NCBI GenBank assembly: GCA_963726965.1
Contig: CAVSEI010000006.1
Coordinates: 454,448-518,447 of the forward strand
Reading direction: 5' to 3'
DNA from: an uncultured Actinomycetes bacterium
Lineage (GTDB): Bacteria > Actinomycetota > Acidimicrobiia > IMCC26256 > DASPTH01
DNA: 64,000 nucleotides
Below, in pieces: positions 1 through 9,897 of this stretch. The notes below the pieces were generated by a model that did no database searches, was not told where the DNA came from, and saw only the letters and a program-made list of their open reading frames with translations. Numbering within the stretch: position 1 is the stretch's first letter; the number at the start of each line of letters is the position of its first letter. Both the position numbers and the translations under genes were made by a program.

Positions 1-1056
1 TTCGTGATCGCGGGCAAGGGCGTGCGCAACGACGGCGTCGTGCCCCGTGCCGGTCGCTTGGTCGACGTCGCTCCGACCATTGCCGAGTTGCTCGGCTGTT
101 CGACCGACGCCAATGGGCACCACCTCACCGGGCAGGACGGCATCGTGCGCGCCGACGTGCTCGACCTCGCAGACGGTCGGCCCGCCCACGTCGTCGGCTT
201 CCTGTTCGACGGCGTCAACCCGAACGTGCTCTACGCGATGGCCGCCGCGGGTCAGGCGCCGAACGTCGCTCGGCTGATCGAGATGGGGACCGCGTACGAG
301 TGGGGCGCCATGGCCGGGCTTCCCACCGTCACCCTCGCCAACCACACCTCGATCCTCACCGGCCGCCTCCCGGGCCATCACGGAATCCTGCACAACGCGT
401 GGTACGACCGCGCCACCGACCAGCAGGTGATCACCAACTCGCAGGCCACGTGGCCGTGGGCGATGCAGCACCTCACGAGCGGGGTCGAGTCCTTGCACGA
501 TGCCATTCACCGCGCCGACCCCGACGCCTTCACCGCGTCGGTGAACGAGCCGTGTGACCTCGGTGCCGACTACTCGACGTTCGACTACTTCCGCCGCGGT
601 GAAGTGCCACCGATCCCGGAATCCGCCGACGGCCTGCCCCACACGACCGAGCGGTTCGTGCGGCCGTCGAAGGACTACTCGTGGTCATCGGTGGTCGACC
701 ACATGGGTGCCGAGCAGGCCGTCGGCATCTGGAGCGGTGTGTACCGCGACACGTCGTTCCCGGCCCCGCGCTTCATGTGGTGCAACTTCACGCTCACCGA
801 TTCCGCGTTCCACGAAGGCGGTCCGTTCTCTGAGATCGCCGAGGCGTCGGTACACGATTCCGATGCGCGCGTGGGTGACGTCATGGCCGCGGTCGAGCAC
901 GCGGGGGTGCTCGATGACACCGCGTTCCTGCTCGTCGCTGACCACGGAATGCAGGAGACCGACCCGGCGGTGCGCGGCGACTGGGACGACGAGCTCCGTG
1001 CTGCGGGTGTCGAGTTCCGCGACGAGGGCTACAGCTTCCTCTATCTCACTGCGTAG
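1..1056 (+). CDS. alkaline-phosphatase-superfamily protein (nucleotide pyrophosphatase/phosphodiesterase-like), 5' end beyond window
   Basis: Frame is open from base 1 to TAG 1054-1056. AP/NPP-type motifs FDGVNPNVLY, TVTLANHTSILTGRLPGHHGI and LLVADHGM. The first ~30 aa look like the tail of a preceding AP-type domain. Family call from motif recognition only. Confidence 0.6.
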   Translation, partial: FVIAGKGVRNDGVVPRAGRLVDVAPTIAELLGCSTDANGHHLTGQDGIVRADVLDLADGRPAHVVGFLFDGVNPNVLYAMAAAGQAPNVARLIEMGTAYEWGAMAGLPTVTLANHTSILTGRLPGHHGILHNAWYDRATDQQVITNSQATWPWAMQHLTSGVESLHDAIHRADPDAFTASVNEPCDLGADYSTFDYFRRGEVPPIPESADGLPHTTERFVRPSKDYSWSSVVDHMGAEQAVGIWSGVYRDTSFPAPRFMWCNFTLTDSAFHEGGPFSEIAEASVHDSDARVGDVMAAVEHAGVLDDTAFLLVADHGMQETDPAVRGDWDDELRAAGVEFRDEGYSFLYLTA

Positions 1057-1825
1057 GAGCACGCAGCGCGATGCGGGGTCGCGCCGAAGGATCGAGCCAA
1101 CGCAGCACGTCGAGCAGCTGTGACTCGGGCAGTGACACGCAGCCCAACGTGGCCGAACCGGTGGAGACGTGGAGGAAGATCGCGCTCCCGAGCCCCGGTG
1201 TGCGGTCGTCGTTGTAGGCGATCACGGCACCGTACGAATACGCGGGTTCGTTGTCCATGGGCTCGGGATCGACCCCGGCGTCGGTGGTGTCGGTGTCCAC
1301 CCATTCGTTGTAGTGCTCGCTCGACGGGTCGTCGTCCCACACGATCGACGGTCCCGTGATCTCACGGTAGGAGAGTCGAACCCCAGGATCGGGCTGCACG
1401 CCGAACGCGAAGTCGAACCCGTACACGCCCGACGGGGTGCGGCCATCGCCTTCGCGCTTCTCGCCGATGGGCGCAAATCCGTTGGTACCGACGTTGGCGT
1501 CCCACGGACCGAAGGCCAGTTGCCACGCGCCGTCGACCCGCTCATACGCGTTGAACGTGGCCCGAGACTGGTCATCGACGTTCGCCACGACGGTGATCAC
1601 CTGGTCGGCGTCCTCCGCACCGATCAGCTCCGCGGGGAGCAATGGTCCGCTCGACGACGCGCGCCCGACGGTCGCCGCGGGCGTGCTTCGGGTCGACACC
1701 GGTGCCGACGTCGTCGCGACGCGCACGGAGGCGCCGTCGTCGCCACGGGTGAAGAACCAGACCAGGGCGGCCGTGGTGACGAGTCCCGCGGCCACGAGCG
1801 CGACCAGGAGCAGTGCGCGCTTCAA
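1046..1825 (-). CDS. L,D-transpeptidase family (YkuD-like) protein with N-terminal membrane anchor
   Basis: 259-aa ORF. Hydrophobic N-terminus LLLVALVAAGLVTTAALVWFF. C-terminal His/Cys motif FLHVSTGSATLGCVSL. 3' end overlaps the convergent AP gene by 11 nt. Confidence 0.7.
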   Translation of the reverse strand: MKRALLLVALVAAGLVTTAALVWFFTRGDDGASVRVATTSAPVSTRSTPAATVGRASSSGPLLPAELIGAEDADQVITVVANVDDQSRATFNAYERVDGAWQLAFGPWDANVGTNGFAPIGEKREGDGRTPSGVYGFDFAFGVQPDPGVRLSYREITGPSIVWDDDPSSEHYNEWVDTDTTDAGVDPEPMDNEPAYSYGAVIAYNDDRTPGLGSAIFLHVSTGSATLGCVSLPESQLLDVLRWLDPSARPRIALRAPTQ

Positions 1826-1831
1826 CGACGG

Positions 1832-2956
1832 CTACACGCTCTGGCCGACGGCCTTGCCGACGAAGAACGTCACCAGCGCGACCGCGCTGCCGATGAGCGC
1901 CATGCGCAGCCCGGCGCGGCCGGCGTGACGACCGGTGAAGATCGAGGTCGCGGCACCGACCGCGAAGAGCGCGATCACCGAGAGCACCGCCGCCACGATC
2001 GTCGGCGCGGCACCACTTCCGAACAGGAACGGGATCACCGGTAACGCCGCACCCAACCCGAACGCGGCAAACGACGAGATCGCCGCCACCCACGGCGAAC
2101 CGAGCGTGGCCGGATCGAGGCCGAGCTCCTCGCGCGCCAACGTGTCGAGCGCGACATCGTTCCGGGTCATGATCGTGTCGACGAGCGCCCGGGCATCGTC
2201 GGCGGCGATCCCCTTGGCCCGGTAGATCATCTCGAGCTCGTCGCGCTCCTCCTCGGGGAACGCCCGGAGCTCTTCCTGCTCGATGCGCAACTCGTTCTCG
2301 TAGAGCTCGCGCTGCGACCGGATCGAGATCCACTCCCCGGACGACATCGAGAACGCGCCTGCCACCAGGCCCACGATGCCGGCGAGGAGCACGATGCTGT
2401 TGTTGGTGGTGCCGCCGGCGATGCCCATCACCAACGAGAAGTTCGACACGAGGCCGTCGTTCACCCCGAACACGGTGGCGCGCAACACGCCGCCGACCTC
2501 GGCGCGGTGCCGGCCTTCCGAGCGGGCGATGCTGCCCCCCTCGGGGATCCCCTGCATGGCGGCGATGGTGCGTCCGGCCGCGGCTTCCTGTTGGGCCATG
2601 GCGTCGGTTGCCTCGGCGTCGTCGCGATAGCGGTCTGCTTCGGCCGCCTCGGTACGCAGCATCAACGGCAGCACCGCCTCGGTGCCGAGATGCCGGGCGA
2701 GGAAGCACAACGCGCGCACGCGGAACGGCAGCCGCGGCGTATGTGGCTCCACCCCCGCCTCGCGGAGGAGTCGGGCCCAGTGCTCGGCGTGGCGTTCCTC
2801 GGCCGCCGCGAGTTGGAGGAACACGTCGCGCCGTTGGTCGTCGGCGTGATCGGCGAGCCCGCGGAACAGCGCGCCGCCGTTGACTTCGTCGGCGTACATC
2901 TCGCGCAGTCGATCGATGCGCTTTTCGTCGGGCGCGGTCTTCGCCACGACGAGCAC
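1832..2956 (-). CDS. erythrin-VIT1 fusion (MbfA-type ferritin-like / CCC1-family iron transporter)
   Basis: 374 aa. N-terminal ferritin/rubrerythrin-like helices (AAEERHAEHW, EAAEADRY) fused to a VIT1/CCC1 membrane domain (GVNDGLVSNFSLVMG plus several hydrophobic helices). Confidence 0.75.
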   Translation of the reverse strand: MLVVAKTAPDEKRIDRLREMYADEVNGGALFRGLADHADDQRRDVFLQLAAAEERHAEHWARLLREAGVEPHTPRLPFRVRALCFLARHLGTEAVLPLMLRTEAAEADRYRDDAEATDAMAQQEAAAGRTIAAMQGIPEGGSIARSEGRHRAEVGGVLRATVFGVNDGLVSNFSLVMGIAGGTTNNSIVLLAGIVGLVAGAFSMSSGEWISIRSQRELYENELRIEQEELRAFPEEERDELEMIYRAKGIAADDARALVDTIMTRNDVALDTLAREELGLDPATLGSPWVAAISSFAAFGLGAALPVIPFLFGSGAAPTIVAAVLSVIALFAVGAATSIFTGRHAGRAGLRMALIGSAVALVTFFVGKAVGQSV

Positions 2957-2965
2957 GCTACCGGG

Positions 2966-3736
2966 CTAGTAGCCCACTTCCCAGAGGCAGAGTCCGTGAG
3001 GTGCGCCTACCCTTCCCGCCGCGTTGCGATCACGAGCACGGATCAGACGGAGGATGTCACCCGGTCGGATCTTGCCGGTGCCGACGTCGACGAGCGTGCC
3101 GACGATCGACCGCACCATCTGCCAGCAGAACGCGGTCGCGGTGATGTCGTACCGCAGCACGCCGTCGCCGAGATCGTGCCAGCTCGACTCGAGCACCCGG
3201 CGCGTCGTCGTGGTGCCGGGTGGCCCCTTGCGGCAGAACGTGGCGAAGTCGTGCTCACCCAGGAACGGATCCGCGCCCAACCGGAGGCGGCGGAGGTCCA
3301 GTGGTTCCGGCACCCACCACGCCGTCCGAGCGAGAAACGGATCGGGGACCGGTCGGTTCACGACCGTGTAGCGATAGGCCCGCCACCGCGCTGAATGCCG
3401 CGCGTCGAATGGCGCCGCAACCACTTCGGCGTCGCGCACGACGACCTCGGGGCCGAGTTGCCCGTTCACGGCGCGCCCGACGCGCACCGGGTCGATGTTC
3501 TCCACGCTCACCGAACAGGTGACGACCTGACCCCACGCGTGCACACCCGCGTCAGTACGACCCGCGCACGCGAGCTTCACGTCGGCGCGCAGCACCCGCG
3601 ACACGGCGGTCGTCAGCACCCCTTCGACGGTGCGCGTGTCCGGTTGCGCGGCGAACCCGTGAAACTCCGTACCGTCGTACGCGACCGTGAGCTTGAGTAC
3701 CTGCCCCGGCCCGTCGCCGAACGGCAGTTGGGTCAA
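2966..3736 (-). CDS. truA: tRNA pseudouridine(38-40) synthase TruA
   Basis: 256 aa. Motifs FHGFAAQP, AGRTDAGVHAWGQV (catalytic Asp) and FCWQMVR. TTG start overlaps the rplQ stop (TTGA). Confidence 0.9.
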   Translation of the reverse strand: MTQLPFGDGPGQVLKLTVAYDGTEFHGFAAQPDTRTVEGVLTTAVSRVLRADVKLACAGRTDAGVHAWGQVVTCSVSVENIDPVRVGRAVNGQLGPEVVVRDAEVVAAPFDARHSARWRAYRYTVVNRPVPDPFLARTAWWVPEPLDLRRLRLGADPFLGEHDFATFCRKGPPGTTTTRRVLESSWHDLGDGVLRYDITATAFCWQMVRSIVGTLVDVGTGKIRPGDILRLIRARDRNAAGRVGAPHGLCLWEVGY

Positions 3737-4082
3737 ACCAGTTCGACGCGCGCCATGGGCACGTTGTCACCGGGCCGCGGACCCAGTTTGAGGATGCGCA
3801 GGTAACCACCCGGACGGTCGCGGTAGCGCGGCCCGATCTCGGCGAACAGCTTGTGCGTGACGTCCTGATCGTGGATCGTCGCGATCACCTGACGCCGTTG
3901 GTGGACGCCACCGGCCTTGGCCTTGGTGATGAGGTGCTCCGCGTACGGTCGGAGGTGCTTCGCCTTCGCCACGGTGGTGACGAGGTACCCGGCCTCGAAC
4001 AGGCTGGACGCCATGTTGGCCATGATCAGGCGCTGGTGCGCGGGTCGCGCCCGAATCCCGCGCCCTTCTTGGGAGTCGGCAT
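3733..4082 (-). CDS. rplQ: 50S ribosomal protein L17, reading frame broken as given (one base apparently missing near 4038-4044)
   Basis: ATG at 4082 gives MPTPKKGAGFGRDP. The protein then continues in the -1 frame as PAHQRLIMANMASSLFEAGYLVTTVAKAKHLRPYAEHLITKAK... to the stop at 3733. The downstream frame has no start codon after its upstream TAA. Confidence 0.85.
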
Positions 4083-4086
4083 CGTG

Positions 4087-5019
4087 TTACTCCTTGACCC
4101 GCAGGGACAGACCCCGCTCGTCGAGCTTCTGGAGGACTTCCTCGAGCGACTTCGAACCGAAGTTCGTGATCGCCAGGAGGTCGTCTTCGGTCTTGGTGAC
4201 GAGCTGGCCGATGGTGTCGACGCGGGCCCGCTTGAGGCAGTTGCGCGGACGCTCCGACAGCTCGAGCTCCTCGATGGGCAGCTCGAGGTCGGGCGACGCG
4301 GTCGACGGCGCAACCTCGCCGAGCTCGAGCCCGCGGGGCTCGTCGCTCAGGTCGGCGACCAACGCCACCAGGTTGCGCAGGGTGTCACCCGCCGACGACA
4401 GCGAGTCACGGGGTGAGATCGAACCGTCGGTCTCGATCTCGAGCGTGAGCTTGTCGTAGTTGGTGGCCTGCTCGACGCGCGTGGGCTCCACCGAGAACGC
4501 CACCCGACGCACCGGCGAGAAGATGGCGTCGACCGGAATCAGCCCGATGGTCGACGTGCGCTTGTTGCGCTCCGCCGAGAGGTAACCCCGCCCCTGCTCG
4601 ACGGTGAGATCGAGCGCCAGGCGACCCTTGGCATTGACCGTCGCCAGGTGCAGCTCGGGGTTGAGGATCTCGACGTCGGCAGTGGTCTGGATGTCCCCCG
4701 CCGTCACTTCACCCGGACCACGGGCGTCGAGACGCAGGGTCACCGGTTCCTCGGCCGAGCACGTGAGCACGAGGTCCTTGATGTTGAGGATGAGGTCGGT
4801 GACGTCTTCCTTCACGCCGGGGATGACGTCGAACTCGTGCAGCGCTTCGTCGAAACGCACCTGGGTGACGGCAGCCCCCGGGATCGACGAGAGCAGCGTG
4901 CGGCGCAAGCTGTTGCCGAGCGTGTGACCGAAGCCCGGCTCGAGGGGCGCGATGGTGAATTGCTGGAGGTTGCCCTCCGCCTCGCCGGCCTCGACTTGGG
5001 GACGCTGGATGATGAGCAT
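4087..5019 (-). CDS. rpoA: DNA-directed RNA polymerase subunit alpha
   Basis: 310 aa. N-terminal domain FGHTLGNSLRRTLLSSIPGAA. C-terminal domain LELSERPRNCLKRARVDTIGQLV. Confidence 0.95.
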   Translation of the reverse strand: MLIIQRPQVEAGEAEGNLQQFTIAPLEPGFGHTLGNSLRRTLLSSIPGAAVTQVRFDEALHEFDVIPGVKEDVTDLILNIKDLVLTCSAEEPVTLRLDARGPGEVTAGDIQTTADVEILNPELHLATVNAKGRLALDLTVEQGRGYLSAERNKRTSTIGLIPVDAIFSPVRRVAFSVEPTRVEQATNYDKLTLEIETDGSISPRDSLSSAGDTLRNLVALVADLSDEPRGLELGEVAPSTASPDLELPIEELELSERPRNCLKRARVDTIGQLVTKTEDDLLAITNFGSKSLEEVLQKLDERGLSLRVKE

Positions 5020-5091
5020 GGATGCATCGCCTCTGATCTGGTGAGCTGGCCTGCTCGGTCCGCGGCCGCCGCGGACGGAGGATGACGGGGG

Positions 5092-5715
5092 TTACTTGGA
5101 GTAGAGCTCGACGATCAGCTGCTCGCGCACGGGCACGTCGATCTGGTCCCGCAGCGGCACGTCGCGGACGACGGCCTTGAACTCGCTGGGGGTGACCTCG
5201 AGCCACATCGGCACACCGCGGTCGAGGGTGTCGATGTTGTGGCGGAGCACGATCATCTTCTGGGCCTTGGGCGACATCTCGACGACGTCACCCTTCTTCA
5301 CCTGGTACGACGGGATCGTCACCCGCTTGCCGTTGACCAGCACGTGACCGTGGCGCACGAACTGGCGCGACTGGTTGCGGCTGGCGGCGAACGCGGTACG
5401 GAACACGACGTTGTCGAGGCGCAGCTCGAGCATCCGCAGCAGGTTCTCGCCGGTGATGCCCTTCTCGCCGTTCGCGACCGCGTAGACGTTGCGGAACTGC
5501 TTCTCGAGCATGCCGTAGATGCGCTTCGCCTTCTGCTTCTCGCGCAGCTGGAGCAGGTACTCGCTCTCGCGGATGCGACCGCGGCCGTGCTGGCCGGGCG
5601 GGTACGGCTTGCGCTCCACCGGGCACTTCATGGTGTCGCACTTCGGACCCTTGAGGAACAGCTTCATCCGCTCGCGCCGACACAGTCGACAGACGGCTCC
5701 GGTGTATCTCGCCAT
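5092..5715 (-). CDS. rpsD: 30S ribosomal protein S4
   Basis: 207 aa, MARYTGAVCRLCRRERMKLFLKG..., S4 domain. Confidence 0.95.
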   Translation of the reverse strand: MARYTGAVCRLCRRERMKLFLKGPKCDTMKCPVERKPYPPGQHGRGRIRESEYLLQLREKQKAKRIYGMLEKQFRNVYAVANGEKGITGENLLRMLELRLDNVVFRTAFAASRNQSRQFVRHGHVLVNGKRVTIPSYQVKKGDVVEMSPKAQKMIVLRHNIDTLDRGVPMWLEVTPSEFKAVVRDVPLRDQIDVPVREQLIVELYSK

Positions 5716-5718
5716 GAT

Positions 5719-6117
5719 TCAGACCCTCCGGCGCTTCGGCGGCCGACAACCGTTGTGCGGGATGGGCGTGACGTCCTTGATGCCGACGACTTCGATCCCG
5801 GTGTTCTGGATGGTGCGGATGGCGGTCTCACGACCGGAGCCCGGGCCCTTCACCACGACGTCGACCTTGCGGACGCCGTGCTCCATGGCGCGCCGGGCCG
5901 CGGTCTCCGCGGCGAGCTGCGCCGCGAACGGCGTGCTCTTGCGCGAGCCTTTGAAGCCCACGTTTCCGGCCGAGGCCCACGCGATGGTGTTCCCCGACTG
6001 GTCGGTGAAGGTGATGATGGTGTTGTTGAAGGACGACTTGATGTGCGCCGTCCCGTAGGCGATGTTCTTGCGCTCGCGCCGCTTGGGACGACGACCGCCG
6101 GCAGCCGGCTTGGCCAT
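5719..6117 (-). CDS. rpsK: 30S ribosomal protein S11
   Basis: 132 aa, ...[28 protein letters not shown]... Confidence 0.95.
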   Translation of the reverse strand: MAKPAAGGRRPKRRERKNIAYGTAHIKSSFNNTIITFTDQSGNTIAWASAGNVGFKGSRKSTPFAAQLAAETAARRAMEHGVRKVDVVVKGPGSGRETAIRTIQNTGIEVVGIKDVTPIPHNGCRPPKRRRV

Positions 6118-6247
6118 CTCTACTGCTCCGCTTCCACTGCGTTACTTCCGCTCACTTCGTTCGCTCCATCTCTCTGGGTCGCTCGCTGCGAGCCGGGTTA
6201 CCCGGCTCGCACACCGCTCGCTCGCCACTTCGTTCCCGGCTCTCTGG
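6118..6247 (-). repeat. palindromic intergenic repeat element, copy A (rpsM-rpsK spacer)
   Basis: 130-nt spacer with a perfect 23-nt palindrome GCGAGCCGGGTTACCCGGCTCGC at 6188-6210. 10-bp direct repeat GTTACTTCCG at 6141-6150 and 6247-6256. The 23-nt block 6118-6140 matches 12679-12701 at 22/23 positions. Related cores at 12720-12742 and 62005-62027. Confidence 0.65.
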
Positions 6248-6625
6248 TTACTTCCGGGCCTTCTTGCGACCGGCCACGGTCTTCTTCGGTCCCTTGCGCG
6301 TACGCGCGTTGGTGCGGGTGCGCTGGCCGCGCACGGGGAGACCTCGGCGGTGCCGCAGTCCCTCGTAGCTGCCGATCTCGACCTTGCGCTTGATGTTGGC
6401 GGCGACCTCGCGACGGAGGTCACCCTCGACCTTCAGGTTCTGGTCGACGTAGGCGCGCAGTTGCGCGACCTCTTCCTCGGTCAGGTCACGGACCCGCGTG
6501 TTCGGTGAGATGCCCACCGCACCGCAGATCTCCTTCGACCGCGTACGGCCGACACCGAAGATGTAGGTGAGCGAGATCTCCAACCGCTTCTCGCGGGGGA
6601 TGTCGACTCCTGAGATTCGAGCCAC
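6248..6625 (-). CDS. rpsM: 30S ribosomal protein S13
   Basis: 125 aa, [26 protein letters not shown]... Confidence 0.95.
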   Translation of the reverse strand: MARISGVDIPREKRLEISLTYIFGVGRTRSKEICGAVGISPNTRVRDLTEEEVAQLRAYVDQNLKVEGDLRREVAANIKRKVEIGSYEGLRHRRGLPVRGQRTRTNARTRKGPKKTVAGRKKARK

Positions 6626-6634
6626 TCAGTTCTC

Positions 6635-6748
6635 CTAGCCCTGGCGCTGCTTGTGACGGGGGTTCGAGCAGATGACGCGCACCGAGCCATGGCGGCGAAT
6701 CACCTTGCACTTCTCACAGATCTTCTTGACCGACGGTCGGACCTTCAT
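6635..6748 (-). CDS. rpmJ: 50S ribosomal protein L36
   Basis: Hand translation gives [37 protein letters not shown] plus TAG. Too short for the ORF track. Confidence 0.9.
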   Translation of the reverse strand: MKVRPSVKKICEKCKVIRRHGSVRVICSNPRHKQRQG

Positions 6749-6760
6749 GCTCGTTCTCTC

Positions 6761-6985
6761 TCACTTGTAGCGGTAGGTGATACGACCGCGACTGAGGTCG
6801 TAGGGGGTGAGCTCCACTTGCACCCGGTCACCGGGCAGGATGCGGATGTAGTGCATCCGCATCTTCCCGGAGATGTGCGCGAGCACCTTGTGGCCATTCT
6901 CGAGCTCGACCCGGAACATGGCGTTGGGCAACGGTTCGACGACCGTTCCTTCGACCAGGATCGTGTCGTCCTTGGGCTTGGCCAG
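6761..6985 (-). CDS. infA: translation initiation factor IF-1, apparent CTG start
   Basis: Hand translation gives (L)[73 protein letters not shown]. In-frame TGA at 7003-7001 with no ATG/GTG/TTG in between. SD-like GGTGGAG just upstream. Confidence 0.85.
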   Translation of the reverse strand: MAKPKDDTILVEGTVVEPLPNAMFRVELENGHKVLAHISGKMRMHYIRILPGDRVQVELTPYDLSRGRITYRYK

Positions 6986-7052
6986 GACTCTCCACCTACT
7001 TCAGATCGGGCGCGCCAAAAGGCGCGCAAAAGCTTCTAGGAGCCGACCGACC

Positions 7053-7082
7053 ATGCTATATGGTCCGACGCCCCCGTGACAA
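7053..7082 (-). promoter_or_regulatory. candidate sigma-70-type promoter upstream of infA
   Basis: Minus strand reads TTGTCA (7082-7077), an 18-nt spacer, then TAGCAT (7058-7053), which fits TANNNT. Motif match only. Confidence 0.3.
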
Positions 7083-7112
7083 TCGGACATTTCGACCACG
7101 CCGAAGGTGCAC

Positions 7113-7865
7113 CTACCAGGGCAGGGTGAGCACCTCGGGACCGTGGTCGGTCACCGCGATGGTGTGCTCGAAGTGGGCGGAGCGACGGCCGTCGGCGGTG
7201 ATGACGGTCCATCCGTCGTCGAGGACCTCGGTCTCGGCGGTCCCCACGTTCACCATCGGCTCGATGGCGAGCACATGGCCCTCCTTGAGCTTCATCCCCC
7301 GACCCGCGGGACCGTAATTCGGCACCTGCGGATCCTCGTGCATGGCCGTGCCGATCCCGTGCCCCACGTACTCGCGCACGACCGTGAACCCGGCCCGTTC
7401 GGCGATGCCCTCCACCGCCGCGCCCACGTCACCCAGTCGATGCCCCTCGACGACCTGGTCGATCGCGGCCTCCAGCGACCGGCACGTCACCTCGATGAGC
7501 CGCCGGGACTCGTCGTCGATGTCGCCGACCGGCACGGTGACCGCGGCGTCCGCATGCCAACCTTCGATGATCGCCCCGCAGTCGATCGAGAGGATGTCGC
7601 CGTCCTCGAGCACCACCGAATCGCTCGGGATGCCGTGCACGATCACGTCGTTCGGCGACGTGCACACCACCGCCGGAAACCCGTGGTAGCCGAGGAAGTT
7701 CGAGCGGGCGCCCCTGCGCTCGATCACCTCACGGGCCGCGGCGTCGACGTCGAGCGTGGTTGCGCCCGGCTTGGCCGCGCGGATGCAGACCTCGTGCATC
7801 TCGGCCACGACCTTGCCGGCACGTCGCATGAGCGCGATCTGCTCAACGCTCTTGCGGGTGATCAC
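7113..7865 (-). CDS. map: type I methionine aminopeptidase
   Basis: GTG at 7865 overlaps the adk stop (GTGA). 250 aa: ITRKSVEQIALMRRAG..., DILSIDCG, EYVGHGIG, LAIEPM, AHFEHT. Confidence 0.9.
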   Translation of the reverse strand: MITRKSVEQIALMRRAGKVVAEMHEVCIRAAKPGATTLDVDAAAREVIERRGARSNFLGYHGFPAVVCTSPNDVIVHGIPSDSVVLEDGDILSIDCGAIIEGWHADAAVTVPVGDIDDESRRLIEVTCRSLEAAIDQVVEGHRLGDVGAAVEGIAERAGFTVVREYVGHGIGTAMHEDPQVPNYGPAGRGMKLKEGHVLAIEPMVNVGTAETEVLDDGWTVITADGRRSAHFEHTIAVTDHGPEVLTLPW

Positions 7866-8536
7866 GGCCGGGCAGGGTCGAAACGCCCGTCGATCTCCTT
7901 GAGCAGGCGCTCGTGCACCTCGTCGCCCGCGCCGTCTCCGTTGACCACCACGAGCTTCCCGAGCTTCTCGTAGAAGTCGATGATGGGAACGGTCTGCGTG
8001 GCGTAGACCTCGAGCCGTCGCGCGACGGCTTCCTCGGTGTCGTCGTCGCGCTGGACCACGTCGCCACCGCAGACGTCGCACGTCCAGTCGATCGCGGGTC
8101 GTTTGTTCACGTGATAGGTCGCGCCACAGGTGATGCACGCCCGTCGCCCCGCGATGCGGTCGAGGATCGTCTCGGTCGGGACCTCGATGTCGAGGACGAC
8201 GTCGAGGGGGTGTCCGATCAGCACCTGCTCGAGCTCTTCGGCTTGCGGCAGCGTCCGCGGGAACCCGTCGAGGATGAAGCCGGCCTCGAGCGGACCACCC
8301 TCCGCGAAGTGCTCGTCGACCAGGCGGATCACGATGTCGTCGGGCACCAGTTCGCCGGTGTCCATGAAGACCTTGACCTCGAGTCCGGTCGGCGTGCCCT
8401 GCGCGACCGCGGCGCGGAACACGTCGCCGGTGGAGAGGTGCTCGACGCCGTAGTGCTGCGAGAGCAGCGCAGCCTGTGTCCCCTTGCCGGAGCCCGGCTT
8501 GCCGAGCAACACGAGGCGTACCCCGGAAGCGGCCAT
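7862..8536 (-). CDS. adk: adenylate kinase
   Basis: ATG at 8536. 224 aa. P-loop LLGKPGSGKGTQA. Zinc lid CITCG...CDVCGG. Confidence 0.92.
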   Translation of the reverse strand: MAASGVRLVLLGKPGSGKGTQAALLSQHYGVEHLSTGDVFRAAVAQGTPTGLEVKVFMDTGELVPDDIVIRLVDEHFAEGGPLEAGFILDGFPRTLPQAEELEQVLIGHPLDVVLDIEVPTETILDRIAGRRACITCGATYHVNKRPAIDWTCDVCGGDVVQRDDDTEEAVARRLEVYATQTVPIIDFYEKLGKLVVVNGDGAGDEVHERLLKEIDGRFDPARP

Positions 8537-8538
8537 GG

Positions 8539-9847
8539 TCAGGCCAGGAAACCTTCGTAGTTCCGCATCATCAGCTGGCTGTCGATCTGCTTCATCGTCT
8601 CCAACGCCACACCGACGGTGATGAGCAGCGCGGTGCCACCGAACGGGAACTGTCTGATGTCCCAGAACGCGAACACGAGCAACGGGATGACCGCGATGGT
8701 CGCCAGGAACAGCGACCCGGGCAGGGTGATCCGGTTCAGCACCTTGGCGAGGTACCGCTCGGTGGGTGGACCGGGGCGGATGCCGGGAATGAACCCGCCC
8801 TGTTTGCGGATGATGTCGGCCTGTTGTGCGGGGTTGAACGCGATCGCGGTGTAGAAGTACGCGAAGAAGATGATCAGCACCGTGTAGAAGCTGATGTACC
8901 ACCAGCCCTGGCGATTCACCAGGTTGTCGTTGATCCACTGCTGGACCCCGACGAAGTTGTCACCCAGCGCCGACGCGATCAGCGCGGGGAACGACAGGAT
9001 CGAGCTGGCGAAGATCACCGGGATCACACCGGACTGGTTGACCTTCAGCGGAATGTAGGTGCTCTGCCCGCCGTACATGCGGCGGCCCACGACACGTTTC
9101 GCGAAATTGCACAGGGATTCGCCGCTGCCCCGATTCCACGAACACGATCCCGACGATCATGCCGATTCCGATGAGGATGATCGTGAAGAACTGGAACTTG
9201 CTGCCCTCACTCCAGATGGCGGCGCCCTGCGCGGGGAGGCGCGACACCACGGACGCGAAGATCAGGATCGACATGCCGTTGCCGATACCGCGTTGGGTGA
9301 TGAGCTCGGCGAGCCACATCACCATCGCCGTCCCGGCCGTCCAGGTGAGCACGATGAGCGCGGCTCGGCCCGCGTCGAAGTGCGGGATGAGGTCCTGGCC
9401 GTTGAACCCGGAGAACCCGAGCAGACCACTCTTGCCCTGGTGCAGGGCGAACACGAACCCGGTGGACTGCACCAGCGCGAGGCCGATGGTCACGTAGCGG
9501 GTCCACTGCGTGATCTTCTTCTGCCCGACCTGGCCTTCGTTCTGCCACTGCTCGAGCTTCGGGATCACGACACCGAGCAGCTGCATGATGATCGACGCCG
9601 TGATGTACGGCATGATCCCGAGGAAGAAGATGGCGACGTTGGTGATCGCGCCCCCGGAGAAGAGGTCGAGGAAGCCGACCACGCCGCTGTTGTCCGCCTG
9701 GTTCTGGAGCTGCTTGATCGCCGAGAAGTCGACGTACGGCACCGGCAGGTGAGCACCCAACCGGTACACCGCGATGATCCCGATGGTGAAGAGGATCTTG
9801 TTGCGGAGGTCGGGCACCCGGAACATGTTCCGCAGGCGGGACAACAT
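8539..9847 (-). CDS. secY: preprotein translocase SecY, frame broken as given (one surplus base near 9104-9108)
   Basis: N-terminal part (ORF 8960..9847) reads ...VESGQRRIPVQF. The expected continuation AKRVVGRRMYGGQSTYIPLKVNQSGVIPVIFASS... is in the next frame (ORF 8539..9090). The junction lies at CAATTTCGCGAAA. Confidence 0.9.
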
Positions 9848-9897
9848 GACGGGCGCGACCTCCTTGCTGACGTTCTGGGCGGGGGAAAACTGCGAGC

